Assembly (NCBI GenBank): GCA_040954595.2 | Contig: CM082597.2 | Location: 4,717,244 to 4,781,243 of the forward strand | DNA length: 64,000 nt | Reading direction: 5' to 3' | DNA from: Balanoglossus misakiensis | Lineage: Eukaryota > Animalia > Hemichordata | Shown here: piece by piece, positions 37,353 through 50,200 of the stretch | How positions within the stretch are numbered: the first letter of the stretch is position 1 | Layout of the letters: each line of letters begins with the position of its first letter | Translations under genes and position numbers: made by a program | The notes under the pieces: generated by a model | What the model saw: the letters and a program-made list of their open reading frames with translations, nothing else | What the model was told of the DNA's origin: nothing | Database searches by the model: none

Positions 37353-40300
37353 CTATATCAACTTATGTAGCTTTTTGGGAACTCCAGGCACCTCGTTTAA
37401 GAAAATCGTCGGCTTGTTATTGGCAGCTCTTTCTTGGGCAACAAACTTCGACCAGTTTGAAGTCAGACTTGCAATGAAGACGCTGCCCCCTGAAATGTAT
37501 ACAGTAAAGTGAACTTAAACCACAATTGGACAGAAACGCATGTGATGAACTTTCATCCTCTTCTAATCAACAGGTGAACTTTTTGCAGCACAGTCTCTGT
37601 GCGGAAACACACTAAGTGTTTGTAAGTGGACTTTCTCAATATGCTGTTACAAGATGATTCTCTGAAACAATCAGCAAAGAGTACGTCCTCGTGTATTCAT
37701 TATTACATAGTTACAACAAACCTCTCTATAGTGGCCAGTCAAGGGACTTTCCTCAACTGGCCTTTACAGACAGGTCAATTGACACACTTGTAAATGGCAC
37801 AGGGAATGCAATAAAGTGGCCACTATATAGAGATGGCTGCAAATAGAGGTGGCCAATAACACAGGTTTGACTGCACTTACGGTAAACAATTTCTTGTTCA
37901 ACCAATGACAAGAGGTAGTTTGCATTCAACCCAGCAACTTCTGGAATGTCAAGCGCCAGAATGTCTCTTGAAGTGTAAACGTTTGGTATCCTGGCCTTCA
38001 TGTGCTGAACAATTGCCTTTTGGTGAAGAATGATTTGAAAGAAAAAGCTAAAATCTCCCATAGCGAAATATTTCATCAATGGAACAAATTTTAATACATT
38101 GCTTTGAATTAAAGTGTGGATATCCTTGTGTGCACAGGCAGATGAAATTTGGAATAATTGTTTAACATGGTGATTAACCAACTGTCACATACTTTTGTTA
38201 GTAAATTAGATTTTTATTATATTGACACTTATTATTGGGGGCATACTATATACATGAATATAGTCAGTGGCGTGCAATTATCTACCTCCCTCCCTCCCCA
38301 CTTGCCTTCCCCTCTTCCCCTCCCACCACAAGTTGGATATTGCTAAAATAAGAAACATATACTAACCGATGAATACGAAGGGTAAGCTATATAGATGCCA
38401 GGCAACTCATTGGCATACATGATCTGTTCCACGCCCTGTACAACCTTCTGCGCTGCACTGCTGATGTATGCAAGCAAACCATTACAGTCAAGTTTCCCCT
38501 CGTTTCTCAATAACATTTGGCATCTAGTAAAAGAGAGTAAACGACAGTATTCTTAGAAAGTTTTCTTCACAAGTTTATCCTGCATAACAAATTCGATGAC
38601 ATATATACTGTTTAAGTACAGTAAAACCTAATAAAGGAAATATCAAATAACCCTGCCGAGGGTGGGTATAGCACTCAGGCCTATATTTCATGGTATACCT
38701 GCCCTTGGCATAAGTTTTTGCCAAACTCTTTCACCCCCAGCTCTCTCTCTCTCTTAAGAGGGCCAACCTTGCCATAGAAAACAATAGGTTTGGACTGAAC
38801 CATTGTGGTGAAAGGGTTTACAACTGTGTTCTGCTATTCACAAAAAACACTCACATCTCACCGGTCCTATTTCTCCAGTGCATTGAAAGAAATGGCTTCC
38901 CACGAAACAGATTTTCCAAGATGGCGTCAGCTCTCTGCTTCAATGACAGGGCCCGCACCAGATGACCAGCCACAGTATTGACGACATCCGTCTTACGATG
39001 CACCGATACCTTACGATTCATAGGCCTCCAGAAGTCCAGAGGCTTGTACATGGCAAGACACCGAACCTTGTTGCCATCCATGTACCGTCTTCTGCTCTCT
39101 CTGACGGACATAGGCCTGTCCTCCCACGGGGGGATTGTTATGTTCGTCTGTGACGCAAGCATTCCCCGGGTAACGTTGTAAGCGTGCTCGTAGGCAGAGA
39201 AAGTTCTGTTGTTGCGTTTAGTATAAGGGTCCATCAGCATAAAATCAACCGTCCCGTTGCATTCTTCCCGGTATTGCTCAGGGGTGATGACTGGTATCAC
39301 CTGTTTGAGGACATTTCTGTCAAATGTGTCGTCAAACGCCCAGAAGAAAGGTTCGTCTCTGTGTCCGTAGTGGTTGGTGAATGGTAGCGTGACAATCGCC
39401 CTGTTGTGTAAGATGGCATAGAAAAGACCCATCTTGAAGTTCTGGTATGAGAAGTTCGGCCCTCCCTGCAAAAAGCTCAGGGACAACAAGATTTTCATGT
39501 CGCCAGGATGTTTAGTAGCTTCAGTAGTTTGACTTAAAACATCCTAAAAAGTGACAGATGACAATATCAGGTTATTTCAGTTAAACTCACTTGTTAAACT
39601 TAAGAATGTCTTGTTATGTCACAACTCATTGGATGGCTGATTACGAATGTGATTTGATGAGTTAACATTGTGTTCTGTTGTTGCCGTTCATCATAAATTG
39701 TGTGCTACATCTTGAGAGATTTTTTTCATCGTCAAAGCCGGTTAGGTTTGTGTATTGTATAGAGAGGGGTTTTGTATGATCACTTGAAATCCAATTTTCC
39801 GCTGCCTGAGCACATCTGACAATTTACATTGCAGCTTGGGTTGTTTGAATTAATCCACTCAATTTACGAGGACCAATTCAACAGGATTAATCGCAGCACA
39901 TGTTGGACCTACAGTGACGTCACTATTTGAAGAAGACTATCGTCAACCATATTGTTGCACAGAGAAGCATGAAAGCAATACTCTGTTTGAAAATTTCCTA
40001 TTTTCAGGATACCACTAGTATCTTCAAAAGCTAACAGTATCCTATAAGCCAATAAATTCTTATATATATGCCATTCAACTAGTTTGCAGATAACATGACC
40101 TTTAACCTTACAACGACCTGTTCAATACAATCTCCTCACATATCACTGTTTTTATTATTTAGGTCTGTTACATGCTGTGTGTATAGGAAGTGTATCGCCA
40201 ACTGTACTTGTCTAAATATTATTTAGCAGCACATACATTGACACAGTGATTACTGTAGTTTAGTTTTGGCCAACTACTGTAGTTTAGTTTTGGCCAACTA

Positions 40301-40883
40301 CAATTTGTATATTTGAAAGCAATTAAACTATACTGCAAAATGGTGGCAAAATCATTTATTTTGTCTAATCGAAAAAAATCTCGCTGGGGTCAATTTTAGT
40401 CACAGCCTCACACTGATGATAATGTTTGGCTCTCACCTGGGTATGACCTGAATCGTCTATTCTTGCTATCGACGTATCCCCTGAATTTTGAGAAGTGGCG
40501 AGCTTGTGGGTTCGTTTCAAAGATGCAGGCATCTGCGAAGGCTGCAGTGCTGACGTCATTGTTGTTATTTTGTGCCAAAGCACATCCTTTCCAAATTGGT
40601 TACTGTTACTCCCAGAGAGTATTGTATCTGTTTCCAGCAACTTGGTTTTTGTAGCGGTTGTGTCCTCTGCCATGGCTGGCGACTTTTCCTGCAATTCGCT
40701 CGCCAAGTGTCCATTTATGGATAACTCCTTCTCAACAGTTTTGTCTAAACTCATCTTCCTATGATCGTCGTCTTTTCCAAATTCGATTATCAGGACCAGT
40801 GCAACTACCGAGAAGAGTGTTACCAAAGTCACAACGCGCAGACTAATTTTTCGATACATCTCTAAAGTGGGGAACACGGACAT
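37353..40883 (-). CDS. O-fucosyltransferase-like type II membrane protein, paralog 2
   Basis: Exons 40883-40437, 39543-38855, 38523-38367, 38016-37881, 37489-37353. Same intron positions as paralog 1; FLSMHWRNRTGE; SLVEQEIVYRGSVFIASLTSNWSKFVAQER...KLHKLI*. Confidence 0.85.
37712..37875. mobile_element. Degenerate MITE-like element in the last intron of paralog 2
   Basis: Imperfect inverted ends taca.caaacct / aggtttgactg, with internal repeated gtggcc/agaggtggcc motifs. Confidence 0.45.
38723..38820. mobile_element. piggyBac-like MITE, copy 3 (degenerate)
   Basis: aactctttcacc...ccaaccttgccatagaaaacaataggtttggac...gtgaaagggttta. Confidence 0.65.
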
Positions 40884-41100
40884 ATGTGTTTACCAACAGA
40901 ATCTGTCACATAGGCATTATGGTAGTGGGCCAGGAATGGATTACCATAAAACTGCTCAGTCGCAGCAAACACAAAATCCCATAACCTGTATTTATAGTCC
41001 ATACATTCCTCCTCATGATTATATTTAATCACATTATAAATTGAACATACTTATTTTCGCTTAGGGAGCCTTCAGTATTTACTCAATTACACATCAGTGC

Positions 41101-41103
<3 letters not shown>

Positions 41104-41141
<38 letters not shown>

Positions 41142-41247
41142 CCATCCCACCCACGCCGCCACCACCAAAACCATCACCCACGCTGCCACCACCAACAAAA
41201 CCAAAACCACCACCCACGCCGCCGCCACAACCAAAACCACCACCATT
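41104..41247 (+). repeat. (CAT)n followed by (CAC/CCA)-rich low-complexity tract
   Basis: Directly visible. Confidence 0.85.
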
Positions 41248-41583
41248 GTCAAACGTCACAGCGGTGTTCTGTACGCTGATTTGACATTTTTAAAATCGTT
41301 TGAAATGTGAAAGCAACATATTGCTTCAGTAACAATAAAAGCTTCAGTAAACAAATATAAAAACAAGTACTCCAAACCTCCTTTGAGCGTTGACTGACAT
41401 CATATATTGCTTGTACATTTTATGGTACTTTATTTGATTGAGCCTGATATTGTACATAATGATGGATTGGTAGCTGATAGAAGAAACATTAATAATGGCA
41501 AGTATCACTGACTACAGGGGAGTATGATGAAAAAAAGATAAAAACTGGTACACGAGCAATTTAAAACCAAACAGATATTTCAA

Positions 41584-44421
41584 TTAGGGCGCCGCCTGTA
41601 ATGAGTATGTTGTTTTGTTAAATGCTGTTCTCTCGTCCACGACGAAGGACGCCCAGTTAGAATGGTCGCTGGACACAAACACGTCTGCTTCTGTCGCAAG
41701 AGAAAGAAACAATAAGTTTCAGTTAGTCCGTTAGTATAACGTTACTCCGAAGTGTATATGGTAGAGTCTGTCTGTCTGCAGGCATGAATCTCTGGACCTA
41801 CCATAGTCGACATTGCAGTACTACGAAGGTAATGCATGATATAAAAGTGGCAAGTTCAACCTTTTGACCTTTGATACAGTTTGTCGAACAGAAACATTGT
41901 TGATAAGGATCATGGATGGAGACACTTGTGTACAAATGAAGGTAAACACGTGTATCATATCAATTTTCAGTTAATTTTAATTATGAAAGTTCATGGAGAG
42001 TTCTTAACCATGAACATGACGCAACATGAGGACTATATACGTTTACAGTAACCCAGTATGTGGGGAAAGTGATGATAAGTGGTACATATGGAAAGCAATT
42101 TCCAGTTCAATATTGTCTACATTTACATCTGAAAGGCACAAACCCAGAACAAATCTACTGAATGGAATTAAATCAGGTCATATATCTCGAACACATTACA
42201 CGGCGAATTGACAATCGACTCATACTCACGAAAAGCAATTTCCTGTTCCAATAGTGACCACAAGTATTTCTCTTTGTCGAATCTGCTGTTTTGCAGAAAA
42301 GCTATTGCGATGGCATTACGATAGGAAAACATGTGTGGAATGACTTCCCGAAGGGCTATTTCTACTTCCTATAGGATTTAAGCACAAAGTATAATGTAAG
42401 ACAAGCAATGAAAACACTACACCTATTGAAAAGATAAATTATACCCACAGGCAAGAGTAATTTCCTTATGCTAAAACAAACTTATTTAACAGCTGCAAAG
42501 TTAACTCAGATCGACATCTAGATAAGGATGTTACGATTTACTTGAATTATTAGAGACAGATTATGACAAGATTCTACGCTGATGCAAACACTTTAACACT
42601 ACCGCATGTGTTTTAGTCTTATTCAAATCTGCCAGGCACTTCCCTCAAATCTTAATACACCAACATTTTGCTTGTGGTAAAATAACCACTTGTAACAATG
42701 AAAATGCTGTGCAATATGTATGTTGCAATCAATGCAACAACTAGGCAAATGATGCATGCAATGCCTTACCGTATTTAAAAACGAGGGATGTACGACGTAT
42801 GCGACCTCTATATTGTGACGTTTCATAAATTTGGATATGGCTTGTGAAACGTCCTTCCTGCATCAAGAACAGTCGAGGTAACAATATTATCAGCAGGCAA
42901 TTTTGACGGATTTACGAGAATATAACTAAATTCGGTACACCAAATCTTCTAATCCCCAAATATCATTAGGACGAATATGCAAAGTTACGTCCCACATTGC
43001 AAGGAAAGTACGACTCTATGACCAAACTTAAGGAAAATTCTGCCCTATACCCATGATATTTTACTGGTTTGTGTATGCAATTTATTTTTCATTGTCATGT
43101 GACTTACAATTCCAATCCTGTGGGGTGCCACTCAAATGCAATGTAATTTCCATAATTTCTGACGTAATCTATGATGCCCTGTGCCGTTTTCCTAATGTAC
43201 AGCGGCCTAGTCAGGTGCTGATTGATTAGTGTTAAAAGTTTTGGCTGCAAACTCTCGGGTATTTCAGCCGCAATCATGTGGGTTATCTCGCCCGGTTTGT
43301 ACATACACAGACAAGACTCCCCGTCGGCAGCTTTGTAGCGCGACTCGACCTCTTCAAACGACCTGGAAATGGCGGTAAGCGCTGGAACCTCGATGTGGCA
43401 CTTCTGCATCATGTGCAGCCGGGATTGGTTGAAATCCCTCTCGTACCCATCATGCCTGATGACGTGCGGTTCCGCCAGCAGCTTAGCAACCCCACGACAC
43501 TGCTCCCGAAAGTAGTGCGGCGACACCAGCGTAATGATCTGCCCGAGCCTCTCGACGTCAAACGTTTCATTGAAATCCCACCAGAACTGCTCGTCCCCGC
43601 TTTCCTTGTAGTAGAAATTAGCGAAGGGGGTGGTGACGATGGCGCGTTTGTGATATAGGGCGTAAAGGACGCCCGCTTTGAAACTTCGGTGACGGGCGCT
43701 CGGGCCGCCAATGATAAACTGAGGCATCACCAACAACATTCTCTTCTCTGGCATCCATAGTCTATTGAAAAGTCTACCCACACCCGTCTGGTATTCATAT
43801 TCCTTAAGAAAAACAAAGGGAAATTAAAATTTTCGACCAGTAAAGCCTGTTTGTGGTGACCTCACCGCACAATTACATACACAGCCGTGTATACTCGCGG
43901 TGAATCGATAATTGCGCAATGGCGACTTGCGCAAGGATACCATCTGCCACTTGCTATGTGATGTGGCCAATTCCGCTAGATGGCACAGATGTGTACATTC
44001 AATGTCAAAGGTCATAAGTGTCTGCAATATGCATATATATTTAACGGCTTTGTTATCCTGGTTGGTATTGTATTCAGCTGTACGAGACACAAGGTTACAA
44101 TGTAGCTATATACTATGCGAATGTGACTACATCATTAGAACTATGTTAAAAAAGATACAGTTTAACTGAATTTTTCTTTTGTGTGGCAATTGGCAATACT
44201 TTACCCATAGAAAGTAAGTGAGAACATACCTCTGGGGAGGTGACGTTTGTTTTGGGCGGAGGCATAGTCCAGTCGTACGGATCGATGTGGTATTCTCGTC
44301 TGCGTGTTTCCGGTTGAACAAACTGTTGCAAGACCTGCAAAGCTACCGACAGCAAACTGATTCCCAGTACACAAAGCACGACGTACTTGCCAAACCTACA
44401 GACCGCTTTTGGAATAATCAT
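41584..44421 (-). CDS. O-fucosyltransferase-like type II membrane protein, paralog 3 (divergent)
   Basis: Exons 44421-44230 (MIIPKAVCRFGKYVVLCVLGISLLSVAL), 43802-43108, 42857-42770 (5' boundary uncertain), 42368-42230, 41690-41584. GGPSARHRSFK..RAIVTTPFAN; AYVVHPSF; SLLEQEIAFQADVFVSSDHSNWASFVVDER. Confidence 0.75.
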
Positions 44422-46969
44422 GCTTCGCCTAACGCCGTTGCAAGGAATTGTATCTTTGAAACCAGACGCCACTTCCGGGAAAAAAACAAGAAAACGGTTA
44501 CAAGGCTTGGGTTTCTGGTTACTGTACAATTAATTCACCATTCCACACGCTTGTATTCATAATGCGCAGTGATTTCTAGTGGAACGGTTAACCGCAGCTG
44601 GCACGATTGTGTGCGACAATTCTAATCTTTATAAACATGTAACATGTGTTTGATATAAGTGACACGCATGCACAGGCATCTGGATAGCCGTCGCCATATT
44701 ATAATTAATGGTAGAATCATTAGGCTCAAATAGAGTATGGATTCGAGATTTATTATATTTTATACTACATGACGGCATGCATCCAGGTATGTAGGTGTGT
44801 ATGTGGACAGGCGCCATGGATGCATGCACGCCCACAGGATAATGGACATGAATGTGATGTTCTTGCTTTTAGGTGCGCCCGTGGGAACTACCACCGGGCA
44901 TGGTCTTTGTAGTCTTAAATGTTACCACTCCCGAGGTGCACGTGACTCTTAACAGACAGGGGTGGGGACAGAGCATAGGAGAGAGTAAGGGAAAGAGAGA
45001 GACCGGAAAAAACAAGTGAAATATTTTTGTTTTTGGGAGAGGGCGATGTACCTGCAGTAGACAATCGTTACCTTTAAAATTGTTATAGTGGAATTAGTGT
45101 GGAATTACATACGCATTATTTCGTTGTGTGAGACGGAACTTGCAGTAGATGAAACAAGACCGAGCATCTACTACAAATGTTAATGATAATAATAGCCATG
45201 ATCTTCAAAATTGAAGTCATGTTCCACATTAAATTTAAATATAACTTATGCATTAAATTTAAATATAACTTATACATATGCATAGGGTCTGTACCTGTGC
45301 TAATTCTTACAGTACAAAGCCTATCATGGTAAATTCAAAAGAAAAGTACTACATGTAGTAATTTTCATGTTTCTCTCACTAAGAAAGTCGCCTTAAATTG
45401 AATAAAACTGGATATAGAATTGAATGTTAGTCTTTTGGATACTCTCTATACATCTACAGCGAATACTGATTTCGGGAAGCCATGCGAAAATAAATTATAC
45501 TGACGTAACACATGGTGCCGTGATAATTTGCATGACATAGCTGTCGCCAATCCTGTTTTACAACCAACAAAACGCCAATCAAAATGACGGTATTTTCTTA
45601 TTATCACTGTTGCTTATCAAGCGCAGCCTGGCCATATCAATGCCTCTGTCGTAAAAATATGCTGCGTATCTTGAAACGCACTCGTTAAATCACCCGTTTC
45701 GTCTGAGAAAAGGATTAATCATCTCGGGGCCTTTCATTACATTTTAGTATGTCCACACCTGGCGTGCAGGTATTAAACTGGGACAGGTACAATCCATCAT
45801 AGAATCCTCGCTCTGTCGAAGCAGACTGCGTATTATTGTCTATAAAAGAAAACGAGCGTGAAATGAGTGTTGTTTTGTTCTACAACTAACAAGACTGCCT
45901 CGTCGTGTTTCTCTGATTATTAAAGCCACTAGCAAGGACGCTATCGAACAACAAGTGCGTATGTAATATGGATTAGTGTTGCTGCTTAAAAAGTGCAGGC
46001 ACTGTTCACGTCCATCTCGCTAAAAGTACACGGTCACCTCCAATTTACATATGTCCATATATGACTAAATGGCGTACCTGTACCCGTATGAGTGTGCCAT
46101 CAACTGAAAATCTCACTTTGCCATGGTAACTGTAGCTAAATTTCATAGGTACCGTATACTTCTGAAGGTAACATCAACGCAATGCGTCTGAAAATTGTTT
46201 TTATCCCTCCAGTCAATCAGTACGAAAGTCAACTCTTCCAAGAATGTACAATCCCACTGGTTGAAGTACGTCCAGCGAACAATGCCAGCGCTTAGCTGGA
46301 AGCATTCACGAAGACTACACGAAACCATTCGACAGAACAGTCCCTAGGGAAACACAACTGCCAACTGGTTACCAATTAAGCCGGGCAGGATCATACCGAT
46401 GCACAGAAAGCACTTCAAGCTATATTATTTCGAATTTTAATAATTCAAACCATCCTCACGTTCTGCGTGTTCAACGCTTGAGTAACTCCGTTAGGTACAA
46501 AACAGTGGAGTTACGTACAACACATAGTCGATACTCATGTCCTTGGTACACCGGAAACTTAATCGACGCCACCCCTCAACTACACCTACGACATTTTGAA
46601 GACTAACAATGACGATATATTGTTATTCCTAACAGACATTGGGAAAATTGACGTAGCAGAGAAATTCCCATCAAATACATACTGTTATAATACCCATTCA
46701 AGTATTCTTTCATATAACGGACTGACTCCTAATCTAAGAGAACCATATTTTTGCATACATAATGGTGATCCCCCACCCACCCATTAGGATACATGTTTTC
46801 CGTTATAGGGACTAAAAGTCATGTGTCATATGCAGTATGTTGTAATTCACGGCTGAATACTTTACGTGCAGAACTTGAAAGAAACGCGAGTAATCATCGT
46901 CATTGCTCTGTTGCCTCGAGTGACCTACTGAGGTATGTGCTGCTAGATGATTTGTCTGTTGCTTTAATG

Positions 46970-47260
46970 TGACACCCGCAACGCGCACCAGGACCGGTGT
47001 CCTAGTGCGAAGACGCCGTCTGAGTGTAACGCCCCCGGGGCCAACGGCTGCTATTTGATTGGGTCCCAGAGATGCTGTCCGTGATCATCTTCGTGGGTTC
47101 GTGACTGTTCCAGCGTAGCCGATCGGGAGACTGGAAAGTCCGTTCTTGACGTCACGTTTTGTTATTCAGTCTGTCTCATTGTGAGGAGCTCTTGCCTTTA
47201 TTCACCGGGTGTAATCTTTCACGCGTCGAGTGGGCCCTGAATTTGCATCAAAAGGCAAAC
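46970..47260. promoter_or_regulatory. CpG-rich promoter-like or enhancer-like segment
   Basis: Locally GC/CpG rich. ATTGG (reverse CCAAT) 47058-47062, perfect CRE TGACGTCA 47147-47154, octamer ATTTGCAT 47241-47248. Confidence 0.4.
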
Positions 47261-50200
47261 ACAGTTCACCAAAGGTTTAAGCGTGTAAAAGGTTAACTTG
47301 TCCTTTGACAAGGAAAACTTGGTGAGAAGTTAAAAGTTAAAGTCTGTAATTCTCAATGGAGAAAAGAGTACATTAACTTTCCGGGATGTCTGACAAGTTA
47401 AGCACACCAATAGCACAATGTCATCATAGACGACATCTTGATAGAAACGACACAAGACAGAATATGCTCACAATTTTACATACAAAGCAAGGCCAACCTA
47501 CCAACCATCCTACGCACCTTCCTACCTACCTACCTACCTACCAACTCATCAACCATCAAACCAGCCGACAAGCCAACTGCCTACCTACCCACCCATCCCT
47601 CTGTCCTTCTGGCTGTATGTGTATTTCTGTCTGCATGTCTTTGTCAGATCGATATCCCTCATATATATTTGACTATGTAATACAAGGCTGCCCATCTACA
47701 TGTAACCAGCCTGGGGGAACATGTGTTCTGTAAGGCAGAGATTCAACAGCCGATTGTATATATTGTCATAGTATATGCCAAAGGTGATATATATTGAATG
47801 TAATGTTACATCTGAAAAGTGAGATTCTTGACACGCAATAGATATGGTATTCTTGCAGATTTCCTACTAGCAACCAGACCAGAACATACCAGAACTTTCA
47901 TTGAAGTATCATGTGGCTTCTACAATATTTAAGATATACATTTGTTCTGTTCAAGATGTAAAGGAATACTTGCAAAGAGAAAACTTGAGGCAATTTACAT
48001 ATGCTGGCTGGCGATTTTGTGAGCATTGATTGATAGTAAACTGGGAAATTGGATGGTGTAAGGGAATAAAGACTGCTTTCAGCGTTTGATGCGAAATCGC
48101 TATGTTCATTTCATCATTTCATCTCCAGAGAATTGAATTCAAAATCTGTAACAAATGTATATGAAAAGATGAAAGATAGTTCCTTATTCACATATGTGGA
48201 TACCTCCTACGTGACTGCTTGCGTGTTAACGCTCACATATTGATTTACACGACCCATGTCCTTTAAGGCAGAATATGCATGATGAGAACGTTATAGCTGT
48301 GTGTGGCTTTGGGAAAGGCATATGGCCTGATATAGTATCGGATCCTCTACGACGTCTGGCTTTACCGTATCGCACTCTCATGCTTCATGCCACTTACGAA
48401 ATTGCATTTCTTGAGTTTCCTAATGTAATGGACAGCACGCCTACACAAGCCATACAATATGGAAACGATAAAAAACATAAAAGGGAATCTTTAAAAGTTA
48501 ATGAGTAAGCGGAAATGTTGCATGGTCGCGAATTACATTTTCAAGGAAATGGCAAAAATGTCCTCAAGTACAATAATTCTTTTCTCCGAATACTTTCATG
48601 CATGCAATTGATCCAGATATACGGAGAACTGGGGCACGCAAAACGACATATCCTCATTAACATCGGCTGTTTGGATGGTTCCATAGTTTACATGTTTGAT
48701 TATGTAAGTAATTAAATAAATAGATAAAGAAACGAATGAATGAATAAATAAATAACTAACTAAATGAAGAGTTATTTTCCGCAACCTCAGCTCCCGAGGT
48801 AACAGTTCTTATGTCATGATTTGTGTTTTGTTATCCAAAGGCTTCTATGAATTAAAGAAATACAATTGACCATGAATGTACTGATAAATATGCTGAATGT
48901 CTATTTGATTAAGAGGATAAGATAACCTCTGAGTTTTCTTACTTAGAAATACAGGCCACATGTTTTTGCAACAATGACAATGTACAAGAAATATTTCCTG
49001 TGTTCTGCAGTCGACATTTCTTGTAGGATCTTGTGATGGACCAAGCTACCGGTACAGGTGAAGGTTTATTCCTAGTCTTTGATTTTGATGCTGACTGATC
49101 TGATAGAGATTTGTACCTTTTTGAAACTACACCCTCAGCCAACTTCTGCTGTTTCACTGCCTCCATATTCAGTTCTATGCTGTTGATTTTTACTTTGACC
49201 CTTTCTTCAACTCGAATCACTGCATCGATAACATCTGATCTGCCCTGTCTTGGAGAGAGAAAGCCCGCTGCCTGCCGCCGGCGATTCACGACATGTCACT
49301 CTGCGGGTTATTGGGGTTAATTATCAAAAAGTGCAAAACAGTCCCTGTATTACTGATACCCAAGTTATTTAATGTTTGATCAGGAAACACCGTGATAATG
49401 AACAATATTTTACCTGAAGCAGGGGATAGCTTACAAGGCAGGTAGGATTATCGTTTCATTCGTATGACGCAGATGGAATACTGTAAACACATCTTTGAGA
49501 AAAATAACTACATTTCTCGTATAAATTGTGATTGATATCCATTGATGTAATTACTACGTGACTCTTAATCTGCAATAATGGCCTTGTGTGCACCACGTAC
49601 ACTTTTTAAAGTGCAACACAATCTCAGCTCCTGAGGCTGAATGTATGAGAAAACATGTTTAGTATAGTGATTTTGCTGGCTTCGCCATTGAGAACTTGTG
49701 AAGCTGCATTGATGTTTTGAAAGTGACAGATAACTTCACTGGTAGGTATAGCTGGGATTGCTGACTGGAATCACATGCGGTCACCGTGTGGTTTGCTGTA
49801 GGGCACCAATGACGATTTTGTCTCAGCATCCATGCTGACCGTTTTCAATGCAAGTCTCTAAACTTTTTAGAGTGACAACGCCCAGAAGACGCGCCACCAG
49901 CAGGATACCCTGACCACTTCCTCACGCACACTTGAAAGCACATGCAGATAGTGGTGCGACCATATTTGTCAATGTGACTGAGAATGTCACGTGAAAATGG
50001 AGCAGTTGGTTTCTCTACTTAAATTACACAATTCAATCATTTATCACATACATGAGTTAATACATGACAGCTACAGCCGATACCATATCACTCAAACAAA
50101 GCAGATGTCAGAAACTGTGTCAAATTTCTCATTGACAAGAAGGGAATTAGCTTGATACTTCTTTGAAACGTGTTTAATCTGTTTGGAATGACGAATTGGA

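Noticed and set aside
41097-41279. Poly-Ser/His-rich ORF
   Set aside because: Translation of a (CAT)n/(CAC)n microsatellite.
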